Source: a candidate division WOR-3 bacterium (GTDB lineage: Bacteria > Hydrothermota > Tepidihabitantia > B3-TA06). Taken from it: a DNA stretch of 64,000 nucleotides. The notes under the pieces are model-generated. The model searched no databases and was not told the DNA's origin. It saw nothing but the letters and a program-made list of their open reading frames with translations. The position numbers and the translations under genes were made by a program. Positions 19,401 through 28,742 of this stretch are shown here, one piece after another; within the stretch, counting starts at the first letter, position 1; each line of letters starts with the position of its first letter. The stretch is taken from positions 32,001 through 96,000 of the forward strand of contig CBFGKC010000009.1 in the NCBI GenBank assembly GCA_965649265.1, read 5' to 3'.

Positions 19401-20225
19401 ATGGCCTTCTGGTACGCCCGGGGGGGTCTCCCCCCTGCACGAGTGACGATTCTTGGCGTACCGCTGGAGCAAACGACCACCGGCGTGCCCGGCACGAGGC
19501 TGGGTCCGGACAGGATAAGGCAGTTCTCGGAGAATGTGGAAAGCTACAGCCCGTATTTCAGGAAAGATCTGGCTGATTATTCCGTTTCGGACGCGGGAAA
19601 CCTCGAGTTCGACTATCTGCCGACGATTGAAGAGAAGCTTGACCTGATTGGTGAAAGAATCACGGACAATCTCAAACAGAAAAGCAAGGTACTTATCGTA
19701 GGCGGCGAACACACGCTCACGCTCGGAGCTGTCCGGGCGATGGTTTCGCGATATCACGACCTTGCAATATTGCAGTTGGACGCACACGCGGACTTGAGAG
19801 AGATCGGCGAATCGGGATCCCTGACCGCGCACGACACCGTGATGCGGAGAGCTAAGGAGCTTCTTAGACCCGACTCCCTTGTGCAGACCGGCATTCGCTC
19901 CATGGCCAGAGACGAAGCGGCGCTTTCTGAATCGATGACTATGAATATGGCAGATGTCGAAGGCATACGCAAGAGGCTCGGCAAAAGACCCGTTTGGTTG
20001 ACGTTGGACCTTGACGTGCTCGATCCTTCTGTAATGCCCGCGGTCGGCACTCCTGAACCAATGGGTGCAAACTACAGGGAGGTTATCGAACTTCTCGTAG
20101 GACTCAATGAACTCAACTTCGTCGGCGCCGACATTGTCGAATTCAATCCCCTCGCGGCCGATTTCGCCGCGCCCGCGATTGTCGCGGCAAATCTGGTCCG
20201 GGAAGTCTGCTGTCTCCTGGCCTGA
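19401..20225 (+). CDS. speB: Agmatinase (ureohydrolase family)
   Basis: GTRLGPDRIR, GGEH, DAHADL, DLDVLDP, GTPEP. Confidence 0.88.
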   Translation: MAFWYARGGLPPARVTILGVPLEQTTTGVPGTRLGPDRIRQFSENVESYSPYFRKDLADYSVSDAGNLEFDYLPTIEEKLDLIGERITDNLKQKSKVLIVGGEHTLTLGAVRAMVSRYHDLAILQLDAHADLREIGESGSLTAHDTVMRRAKELLRPDSLVQTGIRSMARDEAALSESMTMNMADVEGIRKRLGKRPVWLTLDLDVLDPSVMPAVGTPEPMGANYREVIELLVGLNELNFVGADIVEFNPLAADFAAPAIVAANLVREVCCLLA

Positions 20226-20366
20226 CCCGCCCCGGGGGACTAGATGACAAGTCAGAAGAGTGAATTCGATCCTTTAGACTCAGATAATCCAGCAGATAAA
20301 ATCAATCCAGATTGAAACCTACTCCTGTGAAATTGCGATCTTTTTGCCGCCAGGCAAAAAGGAGCA

Positions 20367-21887
20367 CTACTTTAGCTCCTCCAGCAGCCACTCGAGCTTG
20401 TCGTACATCTCTTCGGCCGAACCCTTGCCGGGTGCAAACCCGACGTGCGTGAAGCGGATGTTGCCCTTTTTATCCATGATGAACATGCTGGGCACGCCCG
20501 TGACCGCGTAAAGCTTACTGACCTCGGAAGAACCGACGAGACACGGATAGGTCCAGCCGTACTGGCTGAGTGTCAGGGAGATATCTTCGGACGTGTTGTT
20601 CCAGCTTTCGATTCCGTAGATGTATAGGTCGTTCTTGTGAGCCTGGTAGAAGCGCTCGATGACGGGCATAAGCTGGTAGCAGGGTCCACAGCCTATTCCC
20701 CAGAAATCGAGAAGCACCACCTTGCCGCGCAGACGCGAGAGTTTGACCGTGTCGCCTGTGATTGAAACGAGGGTGAAGTCCGGAGCAGGCGTTGATGTCG
20801 AAGCAAGGCTGTCCTTCATCACCTTTCGGCCGTTCTCCTTCATTCTCGAAAGAACTTCCTGCATTTTTTGATCGGAAAGGAGTGATTCGAATTCCTTCTG
20901 ATCAGTAAGATACCCGTATGCGGAAAAGCCGCTATCGGCCATCCTTGAGATTATGGCAAGAGCATTATTTGCATTCCCTTGCGAAGCTTCGAAACAAGCC
21001 CTGTCCAAAAGAACCGTTTCCTGACCACTTGCGCCCGCAAAGGCGTCCATCAAATCGAGATAATGCCGGGCGCTGTCCAACTCTCCTGCCTCACGAAAGG
21101 CCTTGTAGCATCTTTCAGCGCCCCACATTAGATCGTTCAGAACGCCCTCATTATCTTTTCTCATGGACGAAATTGACATCGACTGGAGTTCAGCGAGTTT
21201 TGCCTTGTCCTTTACCTGGTCGGAAAGACGCTCCGCGGCGAATGAGACATTCTGGACAGACAAGTAATGAGGAGCAAATTTGCACGCCTGTATCCCCGTT
21301 TCAACGAACTCATCCGGCTTCTTCGTGTAGTAATAGAGTATGGCAAGGTCGTAATAGGAATCAAAGAGTCCGGGATCTATCTCGATAGCCTTCTTGTAAG
21401 CCTTTTCGGCCTCATCGTAGCGTTCCAGGTCGGAGAGAGACGAGGCTTTCAGATAGTACCCCCAGTACGATTTGCCGTCACTCTTTATCGCCTTCTCGGC
21501 GAACTCGAGCCCCTTCTCCGGGTCGTTCAAAACCCTTGCATAGAGGTAGGCATAGCTTGCGGATTTCGGGTTTGCCTCGTAAAGCGACTTGTAATGGTTG
21601 ATAAGCGAGTCCCTTATCGGCTGCTTGTCGATTTTAAGCGTCCGGTCATTCAACTTTCCGGTTGTCAGATCCTGGAGCTGCTCCTCGAATCTGACTGATT
21701 CGGGATACTTCTCCCGGGCTTTGCCGATGATTGACTTTCCTGCCTGGATGAAATCGTCCCAGTCAAAATAGTCACTCGTCCACATAACCTGTTTGAGGTT
21801 CCATATGGATGCTATCACCTGCTTTTCGACCTCCAGCTGGGCCTGGGCGGGCGAAAGTACCGCAAAGAGTATGCTTGAGAGAATCAT
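20367..21887 (-). CDS. Exported TPR protein with C-terminal TlpA/redoxin domain
   Basis: Signal-like N-terminus, TPR repeats, APDFTL...GKVVLLDFWGIGCGPC...GVPSMFIMDKKG; start placed after AAAGGAGG. Confidence 0.85.
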   Translation of the reverse strand: MILSSILFAVLSPAQAQLEVEKQVIASIWNLKQVMWTSDYFDWDDFIQAGKSIIGKAREKYPESVRFEEQLQDLTTGKLNDRTLKIDKQPIRDSLINHYKSLYEANPKSASYAYLYARVLNDPEKGLEFAEKAIKSDGKSYWGYYLKASSLSDLERYDEAEKAYKKAIEIDPGLFDSYYDLAILYYYTKKPDEFVETGIQACKFAPHYLSVQNVSFAAERLSDQVKDKAKLAELQSMSISSMRKDNEGVLNDLMWGAERCYKAFREAGELDSARHYLDLMDAFAGASGQETVLLDRACFEASQGNANNALAIISRMADSGFSAYGYLTDQKEFESLLSDQKMQEVLSRMKENGRKVMKDSLASTSTPAPDFTLVSITGDTVKLSRLRGKVVLLDFWGIGCGPCYQLMPVIERFYQAHKNDLYIYGIESWNNTSEDISLTLSQYGWTYPCLVGSSEVSKLYAVTGVPSMFIMDKKGNIRFTHVGFAPGKGSAEEMYDKLEWLLEELK

Positions 21888-22025
21888 CACTCCTCCTTTC
21901 TCAAGGTTATTATTTAGTAAAAGGATGCGGAAGGATATACTCGAGTTGTACTTTGTCAACGTCCGAGTAACGCGCTGTAATTGAATAGGTTTCGATAACG
22001 GGCTTCGTGTTTTATTGGGGGTTTG

Positions 22026-22394
22026 TTATTCTTCGATAACGGCGATCGCGGTAGCGTACTCCTTGAGGTGGGAGATTGAAATATGCGCCTTCATTTTTCC
22101 CATGAACTCGGCAACCCTGCCCGAAATCTTGATCGTGGGACGGGAAAGTTCGTTATCTATTATCTCGACCTCGGTCCATTTAACCCCGCGCGAGTAGCCG
22201 GTTCCGAGCGCCTTGAGCACGGCCTCCTTTGCCGCCCAGCGCGCGGCAAGTCTTTCGGAAGGATCCTTGTGCTTCATGCAAAACTCTATCTCGCGTTCGG
22301 TGTAGACACCCTTCACAAACCTGGCCCCCAGCTTATGATAGGCTTTGCGTATCCGCTCGACCTCGATGATATCTATGCCTACTCCGAATATCAT
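22026..22394 (-). CDS. acpS: Holo-[acyl-carrier-protein] synthase
   Basis: GVGIDIIE, LAARWAAKEAVLKALGTG, HISISH. Confidence 0.96.
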   Translation of the reverse strand: MIFGVGIDIIEVERIRKAYHKLGARFVKGVYTEREIEFCMKHKDPSERLAARWAAKEAVLKALGTGYSRGVKWTEVEIIDNELSRPTIKISGRVAEFMGKMKAHISISHLKEYATAIAVIEE

Positions 22395-22451
22395 GGATGG
22401 ATAATAGAAGAGTGGACCCGTAAAGTCAAGGTGAACACGAGTACGTCAGGC

Positions 22452-25400
22452 TCAACGCTCGAGGTTTCTTAGATACACGATGAGCTTTTCGTTCGTCCCG
22501 CCCTCGCCGTCGTAAAACATATTGATTATGGGCACGTTGAACTCCTCCTGGACGCGCTTGAACAGGGCGGTCGTCTGGGTACCCGGCATGCACGTAAAGG
22601 GCGAGACGTTGACGACCAGAGACGCCTTGTTTTCGACCGCGAAAGCAACCGCTCTCCCAAGGGTCAGGACAGCCTCCGTTCCGCACTCAAAAGGCATGTA
22701 GCGTTCCGTATATTCCCTTATTTGATCGAGCGAGGGCTCGATGCGATCCGAAAGCAAGTCTGCAGCCCGGCGGTAGAACCTTTTCTCGCTTGAGTGCGTG
22801 ATGAGTCCGGTAACCTTGCCGGACAGGAAACTCCTGGCGTTCTTCTGTCTTCGGGCCCTCACTATCTGGGAATAGACTGAGTAGGAAAGGAATTCAGCCG
22901 CAGGGGTAAGCCAGACCTCCCCCCCCTCCTGTTCGATAGTTTCTAAAAGATCTTCGTTCGAGAAAGGATCGCACCGCACGTAAATCTCACCTACCACGCC
23001 TACAAGCGGTTTTCTTTCCCGGTGGTCGAGAGGTATTTCCCGGAATTCCCCGACAATCTTCCGGAATGTCTTTTCATGAGTACCTTCTTCAATGGCTTGC
23101 TCGAGAAGGGCTACGGCTTCGAAGAAAGTCTCTACGGTCTGGCCCGCGTTTTTTTCGTAAGGTTTTACCTTGCATCTCAGTTTCGTGAGGATATCGGAAT
23201 AAAGACTCGCTTTCCAGAGGTCGAGCCTCAGACTCTGGCTGAGCCCCGCGTATGAGTTGTACGACGATGGATTGATTATCGCCACTTGCTCGAATCCTTC
23301 GCGGTCGAGGATTATGCGGTGCAGGTTGACGTACTGGCCGAACCGGCAGGGCCCGTCCGATGAAGGCATGAAGAAAGCCTGCTTGCCGGGTTCCAGATTC
23401 TTTTCGCGGAGCGTTTTCACGAAGGTTCCTATGGTGACGACTGCGGGCATACACTCCTTGCCTGACGTCATGGATTTGCCGATATTCATGGCTGCCCAGT
23501 CGGGCGAAGGCAACACCTCCGCATCGAGCCCGTATTTCTTGAACACCGACGCGAAGAAGCGCGAGCCTACGGGGTGCATGGGAGGAACCCACACCTTGCG
23601 GTGGTCGTAATCCGGAATCGTTCTGCCCCAGGCTGGAAGCTCGAAAACTTTTCGAGGCCGGGGTTTGTACGATTCTATGGCTTCCCTGAACGCCTCGATG
23701 CGGGTAGTGTAACCGCCGGGGCTCGAGTGCTCGTCAACCTCGAGAATCATGAAAGGCTTGCCCTTCATGACCTGCTCGGCCAGCGTTACGAGACAAGAAT
23801 CCGGGCCGCAGGCAAAATGGGTAACGTATATGGGAAAAAGATCCGGATGCTCGCTGGCATACTTGAGCGCGTTCAATATGGTCTGACCGTAATCCCAGAA
23901 GATGCGGTGTTCCTGCCAGCGGATGTTTTCATCCACGGGAATGAAGTCCGCCGGAAAAACAGGCATATCGAGTACTCTCGATATCTCGAGGCCAAGGTTG
24001 GATGAAATCTTGGAATCGTAAAGGCTGTAAGGCCTTCCCACAAGCACAATGCCTTTGCCTTCGAGCAAGGAGAGAGCCTTCTCCCCCTCCTCCCTCAGAG
24101 CCTTGCTGAACAGGGCATGCGACTTCCAGCCGCTTTCCCACGCTCGCTTTACGTCAGCTCTGGAGCAGCCCGTTTTCGGGGCAAGGGATTCGTAAAGCTC
24201 CTTCAGGTTCTCCTCCTCGCTCCATGTCACGTCAATCAAGGGGGAGATTACTCTTTCGGAAGAATACCAGGGCGACGAAGAGGCAAGGGTGGGAAACATG
24301 TTAGCGTAAGGGCAAACATGGGAGTAGTACTCGCCCTTGTTCATAATCAGCATATGCGGCAGAAAGATGAAATCGGTGTTCATGCGCGACATTTTCTCGA
24401 TGTGCCCGTGAACGACCTTCACGGGCAGGCAGAAATCGGCAGAGGACATTCTCGTTCCTCTCTCGATGATGCTCTCATCCGTCGTGCCGGTGGTCTGAAC
24501 TCCCAGCCCGAGTTCGGCAAAAAACCCTCTCCAGAAAGGAAGATAGGTGTGGAAACCGAGGACCATGGGTATGCCGACCGTTCTTGTGAATTGTCCGTTC
24601 GAGAGCCCCTCTCCTGAAGAATTCCGAGAGCCGGTTCCGGGAGATTTTTGGAGGAGATTTCTACGAATCTCGAAAAGCCCGTAATTTGCATCCCTGCGCA
24701 CCGTTTTTGAATCAGGCTCCTTGCCGCACATGTATCCCCAGGAGGGCTTCTCTTCCACGCCCTCGATATCGGCAGACGTTATCGTGCAGTGATTGACACA
24801 GCAGGGACAATCACTGGATGACACCTCGATCTTGCGTTTATATAGATCGATGCCTCGAAACTTGGTTTTATCGAGCCTCTTTTCCATTGCAGCCAGAGCG
24901 GCGCCGTAGGCTCCGAGAACGTGGCAGTAGGGCGAAACGAGTATCTCTTTGCCGAGATAGTTTTCGAACGCGGCAACCAGACCTATGTTGCGGGCCGTTG
25001 CTCCCTGAAAGGTTATCTTACCCTGAATGGGACGGTTTTCGACGACTTTCGTGAGGTAGTTTTGCACAACCGAAAAGAGCACGGCGGCCATTGCCTCATC
25101 CCTCGAGAATCCTTTCTTAAGAAGCCTTTCGACATCCTCCTCCATGAAAACCGTGCAGCGGTCGGATGTGTACGGAGCCTTCTTTCCAAGCGCGCGAGGT
25201 CCGCTCTCGGCAAGCGAGATACCCAGCTTTGAGGCCTGCTCCTCGACGAAGGAACCGGTTCCTGCGGCGCAGACGTAGTTCAGGTTCGATTCCACAATGT
25301 TGCCGTCTTCCAGACGTATGTATTTCGAGTCCTGACCGCCTATCTCGAAAATGGTCTTGATGGCCGGATCAAGCTTGAGAGCCCCCCTGGCGTGGGCGGA

Positions 25401-26747
25401 TATCTCGTTGATTATCACGTCGGCGCCAATGACCAGCCCCGAGATCCTGCGGCCTGAGCCCGTCGTAGCCGCGCCCTTTATTTCCGGGTTTATCCGGTAC
25501 TTCAGGCAGAACGCCTCGACAGCCCTGAGAATAAGGGTAGTGGCGCCTGTCGGATCGCCCAGGGTCTTGCGATAAAAATCGGCCGTGATTTCACGCGAAG
25601 AGTCCACGAGCACAGCCTTCGTGCTGGTGGAACCAACGTCGAGGCCGAAAAAAAAGACGCAATCGAGAGGTTCCTTGACGACCCTCACCTCGGTCTGATT
25701 CTCATCGGTCCATGATTCCAGTGCGGCAAAGTCAGGGTACTTTGACAGCCTCAGCGCCAGCGCGGGTCTCACCGATCCTTCGCCATCACCGCTCGTTTTT
25801 TTATAGAGCCCGGCGGAAATCGAGGATGCGCTCTCCCCCTCCCCCCCGTTCCGGTTCTTTGATGCGCCGCCGAAATCCAGATCCCGTGAGTTCACCGCGG
25901 TGTTTGAAAGAAGCGCGGCTCCCACGGCCGATGCCAATCGAGCATCGGGAAGAACGTCTATTTCAACGCCAAGTGATCTTTGCAGCCATTCCATGACCCA
26001 GCGATTCCGGCCTACCCCCCCCGCAACCACCGTCTTACCGGAGAGCTTTCTCCCGCGCAGAAGCGTTTGAACGAGATTGGCGGCCATGCCGCGGCACAAA
26101 CCATTCCACATCTCTTCCTTTGAATACCCTTCCTGCTGGCGATGAATGAGATCGGTCTTTGCAAAAACCGCGCACCTGGCCGCGACCCGCGGCGGATTCT
26201 CGATGAACCTGAACCCCTCGATATCGGTGAAAGAAAGATCGAGCCGCTGTCTCTGCTGATCGAGAAATGAACCCGTTCCCGCTGCGCAAAGCGCGTTCTG
26301 GGCAAAATCCTTGAAGACGCCGTCGTTGAGTTCGATGAGTCTTGCCCCCTTGGCTCCGATATCTATGATGTTCATGGAATCGGGGGCGAATTCATTTGTA
26401 AAATGAATGAGAGCTTTTACCGAATCGGTCGAAGGAAACCCGAAAACCTTCTCAAGCAGTTGTGAATAAAAGCCCGTAAAGCCGGCGACTACCGATCCAT
26501 CCAGAAGCTCCGACAAAAAAAACTCTTCGATTTTCTTCAAAGGATCGCCGAAATGCGGCTTGTATAAAAAACGCTTTACATTGCCGCCGGCATCGGCAAG
26601 AATTATCTTCAGGTAGATGGAACCGGCATCTATGCCCACTTTCGGCAAATTATCAATAATATCTATGTCCTTCCTAAAGTTTGAACTGGATTTGCCGCTC
26701 CGGAGATCAGCTCCTTGATATCGAATCTTAAGCATTTTGGAAGGCAT
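22452..26747 (-). CDS. Fused acyl-CoA dehydratase activase protein (two BcrAD/BadFG ATPase domains, DUF2229, HgdAB-like), PlsA/PlsR/Ger-like
   Basis: Two ASKHA ATPase domains (GIDAGS..CAAGTGSFLDQQ..RCAVF; GLDVGSTSTK..EIGGQDSK..CAAGTGSF..RCTVF), then CLPVKVVHGH, FACGPD, GPCRFGQY, VGEIYVR, PFTCMPG. Exact start uncertain. Confidence 0.88.
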   Translation of the reverse strand: MPSKMLKIRYQGADLRSGKSSSNFRKDIDIIDNLPKVGIDAGSIYLKIILADAGGNVKRFLYKPHFGDPLKKIEEFFLSELLDGSVVAGFTGFYSQLLEKVFGFPSTDSVKALIHFTNEFAPDSMNIIDIGAKGARLIELNDGVFKDFAQNALCAAGTGSFLDQQRQRLDLSFTDIEGFRFIENPPRVAARCAVFAKTDLIHRQQEGYSKEEMWNGLCRGMAANLVQTLLRGRKLSGKTVVAGGVGRNRWVMEWLQRSLGVEIDVLPDARLASAVGAALLSNTAVNSRDLDFGGASKNRNGGEGESASSISAGLYKKTSGDGEGSVRPALALRLSKYPDFAALESWTDENQTEVRVVKEPLDCVFFFGLDVGSTSTKAVLVDSSREITADFYRKTLGDPTGATTLILRAVEAFCLKYRINPEIKGAATTGSGRRISGLVIGADVIINEISAHARGALKLDPAIKTIFEIGGQDSKYIRLEDGNIVESNLNYVCAAGTGSFVEEQASKLGISLAESGPRALGKKAPYTSDRCTVFMEEDVERLLKKGFSRDEAMAAVLFSVVQNYLTKVVENRPIQGKITFQGATARNIGLVAAFENYLGKEILVSPYCHVLGAYGAALAAMEKRLDKTKFRGIDLYKRKIEVSSSDCPCCVNHCTITSADIEGVEEKPSWGYMCGKEPDSKTVRRDANYGLFEIRRNLLQKSPGTGSRNSSGEGLSNGQFTRTVGIPMVLGFHTYLPFWRGFFAELGLGVQTTGTTDESIIERGTRMSSADFCLPVKVVHGHIEKMSRMNTDFIFLPHMLIMNKGEYYSHVCPYANMFPTLASSSPWYSSERVISPLIDVTWSEEENLKELYESLAPKTGCSRADVKRAWESGWKSHALFSKALREEGEKALSLLEGKGIVLVGRPYSLYDSKISSNLGLEISRVLDMPVFPADFIPVDENIRWQEHRIFWDYGQTILNALKYASEHPDLFPIYVTHFACGPDSCLVTLAEQVMKGKPFMILEVDEHSSPGGYTTRIEAFREAIESYKPRPRKVFELPAWGRTIPDYDHRKVWVPPMHPVGSRFFASVFKKYGLDAEVLPSPDWAAMNIGKSMTSGKECMPAVVTIGTFVKTLREKNLEPGKQAFFMPSSDGPCRFGQYVNLHRIILDREGFEQVAIINPSSYNSYAGLSQSLRLDLWKASLYSDILTKLRCKVKPYEKNAGQTVETFFEAVALLEQAIEEGTHEKTFRKIVGEFREIPLDHRERKPLVGVVGEIYVRCDPFSNEDLLETIEQEGGEVWLTPAAEFLSYSVYSQIVRARRQKNARSFLSGKVTGLITHSSEKRFYRRAADLLSDRIEPSLDQIREYTERYMPFECGTEAVLTLGRAVAFAVENKASLVVNVSPFTCMPGTQTTALFKRVQEEFNVPIINMFYDGEGGTNEKLIVYLRNLER

Positions 26748-26959
26748 GTCAAACCGTTATCCGCAGGGATCGTCGAGTAACCGGTCAATTCCACCTTTCC
26801 AGGACATTTTCGAACCGCCATTTTTACATGGTGAGTGTTATTTTTGCAATAATGGAAATAAAAAAAACTCAGGTGACTTCATAGAAACCATTTTCACTGG
26901 AAATCAGGGAACGATTTTGACCGGCTTTTTTCTCAAAAAAACACCCGAAAAACCTCGAT

Positions 26960-27042
26960 TTGTCCATCTTTTGACCATCTTCTGTCCAACTTATGTCCTA
27001 CTTAGTTATCCACATTTTTGACGCGTTCGATTAATCCTGACC
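26960..27042. repeat. Dispersed non-coding element, copy 1 (four 11-bp units plus DnaA box)
   Basis: TTGTCCATCTT TTGACCATCTT CTGTCCAACTT ATGTCCTACTT AG TTATCCACA TTTTTGACGCG...TTAATCCTGACC; second copy at 56980. Confidence 0.85.
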
Positions 27043-27049
27043 TCCTTTT

Positions 27050-27087
27050 ACCCCACAAAATCGCTCCACGATTTTGCGGGGACCCCG
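27050..27087. repeat. REP-like palindrome ending GGGGACCCCG
   Basis: CCCCACAAAATCG-ctcca-CGATTTTGCGGGG-ACCCCG; an element of similar architecture in opposite orientation at about 56881..56921. Confidence 0.55.
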
Positions 27088-27223
27088 ATTGCCGCAGGGG
27101 CGGCTGACCGTCCAGAGGACGGTTTGAAGTTTGCCCCTATTTTTTTGTCTTGAGGGCAAACTTCTGACGATGAAAGTCATTGCTCCCCGCAAAAATGCAA
27201 GACATTTCTATGGGGTGTCAAGA

Positions 27224-27251
27224 TTGACAAAAACCTGCGGTGGAGTAAAAT
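27224..27251 (+). promoter_or_regulatory. sigma70-like promoter of tRNA-Arg
   Basis: TTGACA-16 nt-TAAAAT. Confidence 0.65.
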
Positions 27252-27290
27252 ACTGTCTTGGAAAATTGTCGCTTTTCGAAATTCATGTAA

Positions 27291-27364
27291 GCCCCCGTAG
27301 CTCAGAAGGATAGAGCGACGGTTTCCTAAACCGTAGGCCGTGGGTTCGAATCCCTCCGGGGGTA
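27291..27364 (+). tRNA. tRNA-Arg (anticodon CCT), CCA not encoded
   Basis: Cloverleaf: GCCCCCG/CGGGGGT acceptor stem, GCTC/GAGC D arm, ACGGT-TTCCTAA-ACCGT anticodon arm, GTTCGAATC T loop. Confidence 0.96.
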
Positions 27365-27381
27365 TTTAAGAAAGGAGTTAT

Positions 27382-28107
27382 ATGCCGAAACGATCTGTTT
27401 CTTATCGTACTGGACACAAGCACATCCACCAGGAAGATGCATTTACAAAAGCGGTAGGGAAGGTCTACGAATATTACACCAAGTCACCGCTTCAGGCAAT
27501 CTTAACCACTGTCGGTGCTATCGGCGTGGTGGTTTTAGGCACCATTTTCCTCGTCAGGATTCTTGGAGGCACACAAGCGGCTCCACCAAAAGAGGCTTCA
27601 CTCTCCTTGAGAACCGCTCAGATTCTATTACAACAGCAGAATGTAAAGGCATCTGAAGACAGCCTGCGGAATCTTATCAACCGTTATCCCAAAACCGTTC
27701 CGGGCAAAAAGGCGATTTATTATCTCGGTCAAGCCCTTTACTTCGAAGGAAGGTATCCTGAAGCAAGAGAACAATTTGCGAAATTTGAAAAAGCTTATCC
27801 TAACAAAAAATCCTTCCTTCTTGCATCTGCTCTTTACGGAGTGGCAAATTGTTATGAAGAAGAAGGAAAGCTTGAGGAAGCTGCGGCAACCTATCTCGAT
27901 CTTACGAAGAAGTACCCTAAATCCGGACTTAAGCCTCATGCTCTGCTGGGCGCAGGACGCTGTTACATTCTCGCAAAAAAATACGACAAAGCCCAACCCT
28001 TGCTTGAACAAATAACAAAGGACTACCCCAGAAGGGAATATCCAGTCATCTACGCAAAGGCAGAAAGTCAGCTTGGAGAAATTGAAGCCCTGAAGAATTT
28101 ATTTTAG
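27382..28107 (+). CDS. Membrane-anchored TPR protein (YfgM/CpoB-like)
   Basis: Single TM helix followed by TPR repeats (AIYYLGQALY, ALYGVANCY, ALLGAGRCY; YP turns). Confidence 0.85.
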   Translation: MPKRSVSYRTGHKHIHQEDAFTKAVGKVYEYYTKSPLQAILTTVGAIGVVVLGTIFLVRILGGTQAAPPKEASLSLRTAQILLQQQNVKASEDSLRNLINRYPKTVPGKKAIYYLGQALYFEGRYPEAREQFAKFEKAYPNKKSFLLASALYGVANCYEEEGKLEEAAATYLDLTKKYPKSGLKPHALLGAGRCYILAKKYDKAQPLLEQITKDYPRREYPVIYAKAESQLGEIEALKNLF

Positions 28108-28616
28108 GGATTTTCGTTCGGCTTTACTTTGGGTTTTAGTGTCGTTTCCTCGAGTAGGGAAATGTAATCCATGCGTGCAGCTTCAAACGAGGCTTTAGCC
28201 AACTCGCGCTCATTAAGTGCAGGTTTGCTGGTATCTTTCCCGGCAATCAATTCGCGAACATAACGTTCCCCCTCCCCTATACCTGAAGAAAAGGCGAGGC
28301 GATATATTCCGAGAAGAGAGTTAGTAAGGGCAGAATCAAGTTCTATTCCCGAAGAATCACAAAAGGCTTCCATTGAATTTATGCCCGTAACACCCCAGGA
28401 ATTAAGAGCTTCAGACTCGACGTTTATCTCCGAGGATGTCAGTGTCCCGGCAAGGAAGCCTTCGGCGGCTTCCAGGGTAAAAATCATACCTTCTATGAAA
28501 CCCATCTCGTATGCGTGTTCTGCAAGAGCTTCACGAAGCTGCCTGTCCTTGCTGTTACAGGAAATTGTGGAAAGCGAAACCAGGAACGCGATAAAAATGA
28601 AGATTGTTTTTTTCAC
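28104..28616 (-). CDS. Hypothetical lipoprotein
   Basis: VKKTIFIFIAFLVSLSTISC lipoprotein-like signal; GTG start 5 nt after a TATACT -10 box. Confidence 0.7.
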   Translation of the reverse strand: MKKTIFIFIAFLVSLSTISCNSKDRQLREALAEHAYEMGFIEGMIFTLEAAEGFLAGTLTSSEINVESEALNSWGVTGINSMEAFCDSSGIELDSALTNSLLGIYRLAFSSGIGEGERYVRELIAGKDTSKPALNERELAKASFEAARMDYISLLEETTLKPKVKPNENP

Positions 28617-28650
28617 TTCCGAGTATAGAACCATAGCCGGAAAAAGTCAA

Positions 28651-28727
28651 CCCGTAACACCTCCCGTAACACCTCCCGTAACACAACCCGTAACACAACC
28701 CGTAACACAACCCCGCGCCCGTAACAC
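28651..28727. repeat. Tandem array of CCCGTAACAC(CT/AA): five 12-bp units plus one extra copy
   Basis: Read directly from the sequence. Confidence 0.95.
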
Positions 28728-28742
28728 GCTGCAATAACCAAC

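Noticed and set aside
17524-19832. Long antisense ORFs (17524..18312, 18981..19832)
   Set aside because: Shadow frames of well-supported plus-strand genes.
26748-27290. Chromosomal origin (oriC)
   Set aside because: Only one perfect DnaA box, no dnaA/dnaN/gidA nearby, and the same element recurs at 56980.
27291-27400. Integrated element at tRNA-Arg
   Set aside because: No integrase and no duplicated tRNA 3' end seen in the window.
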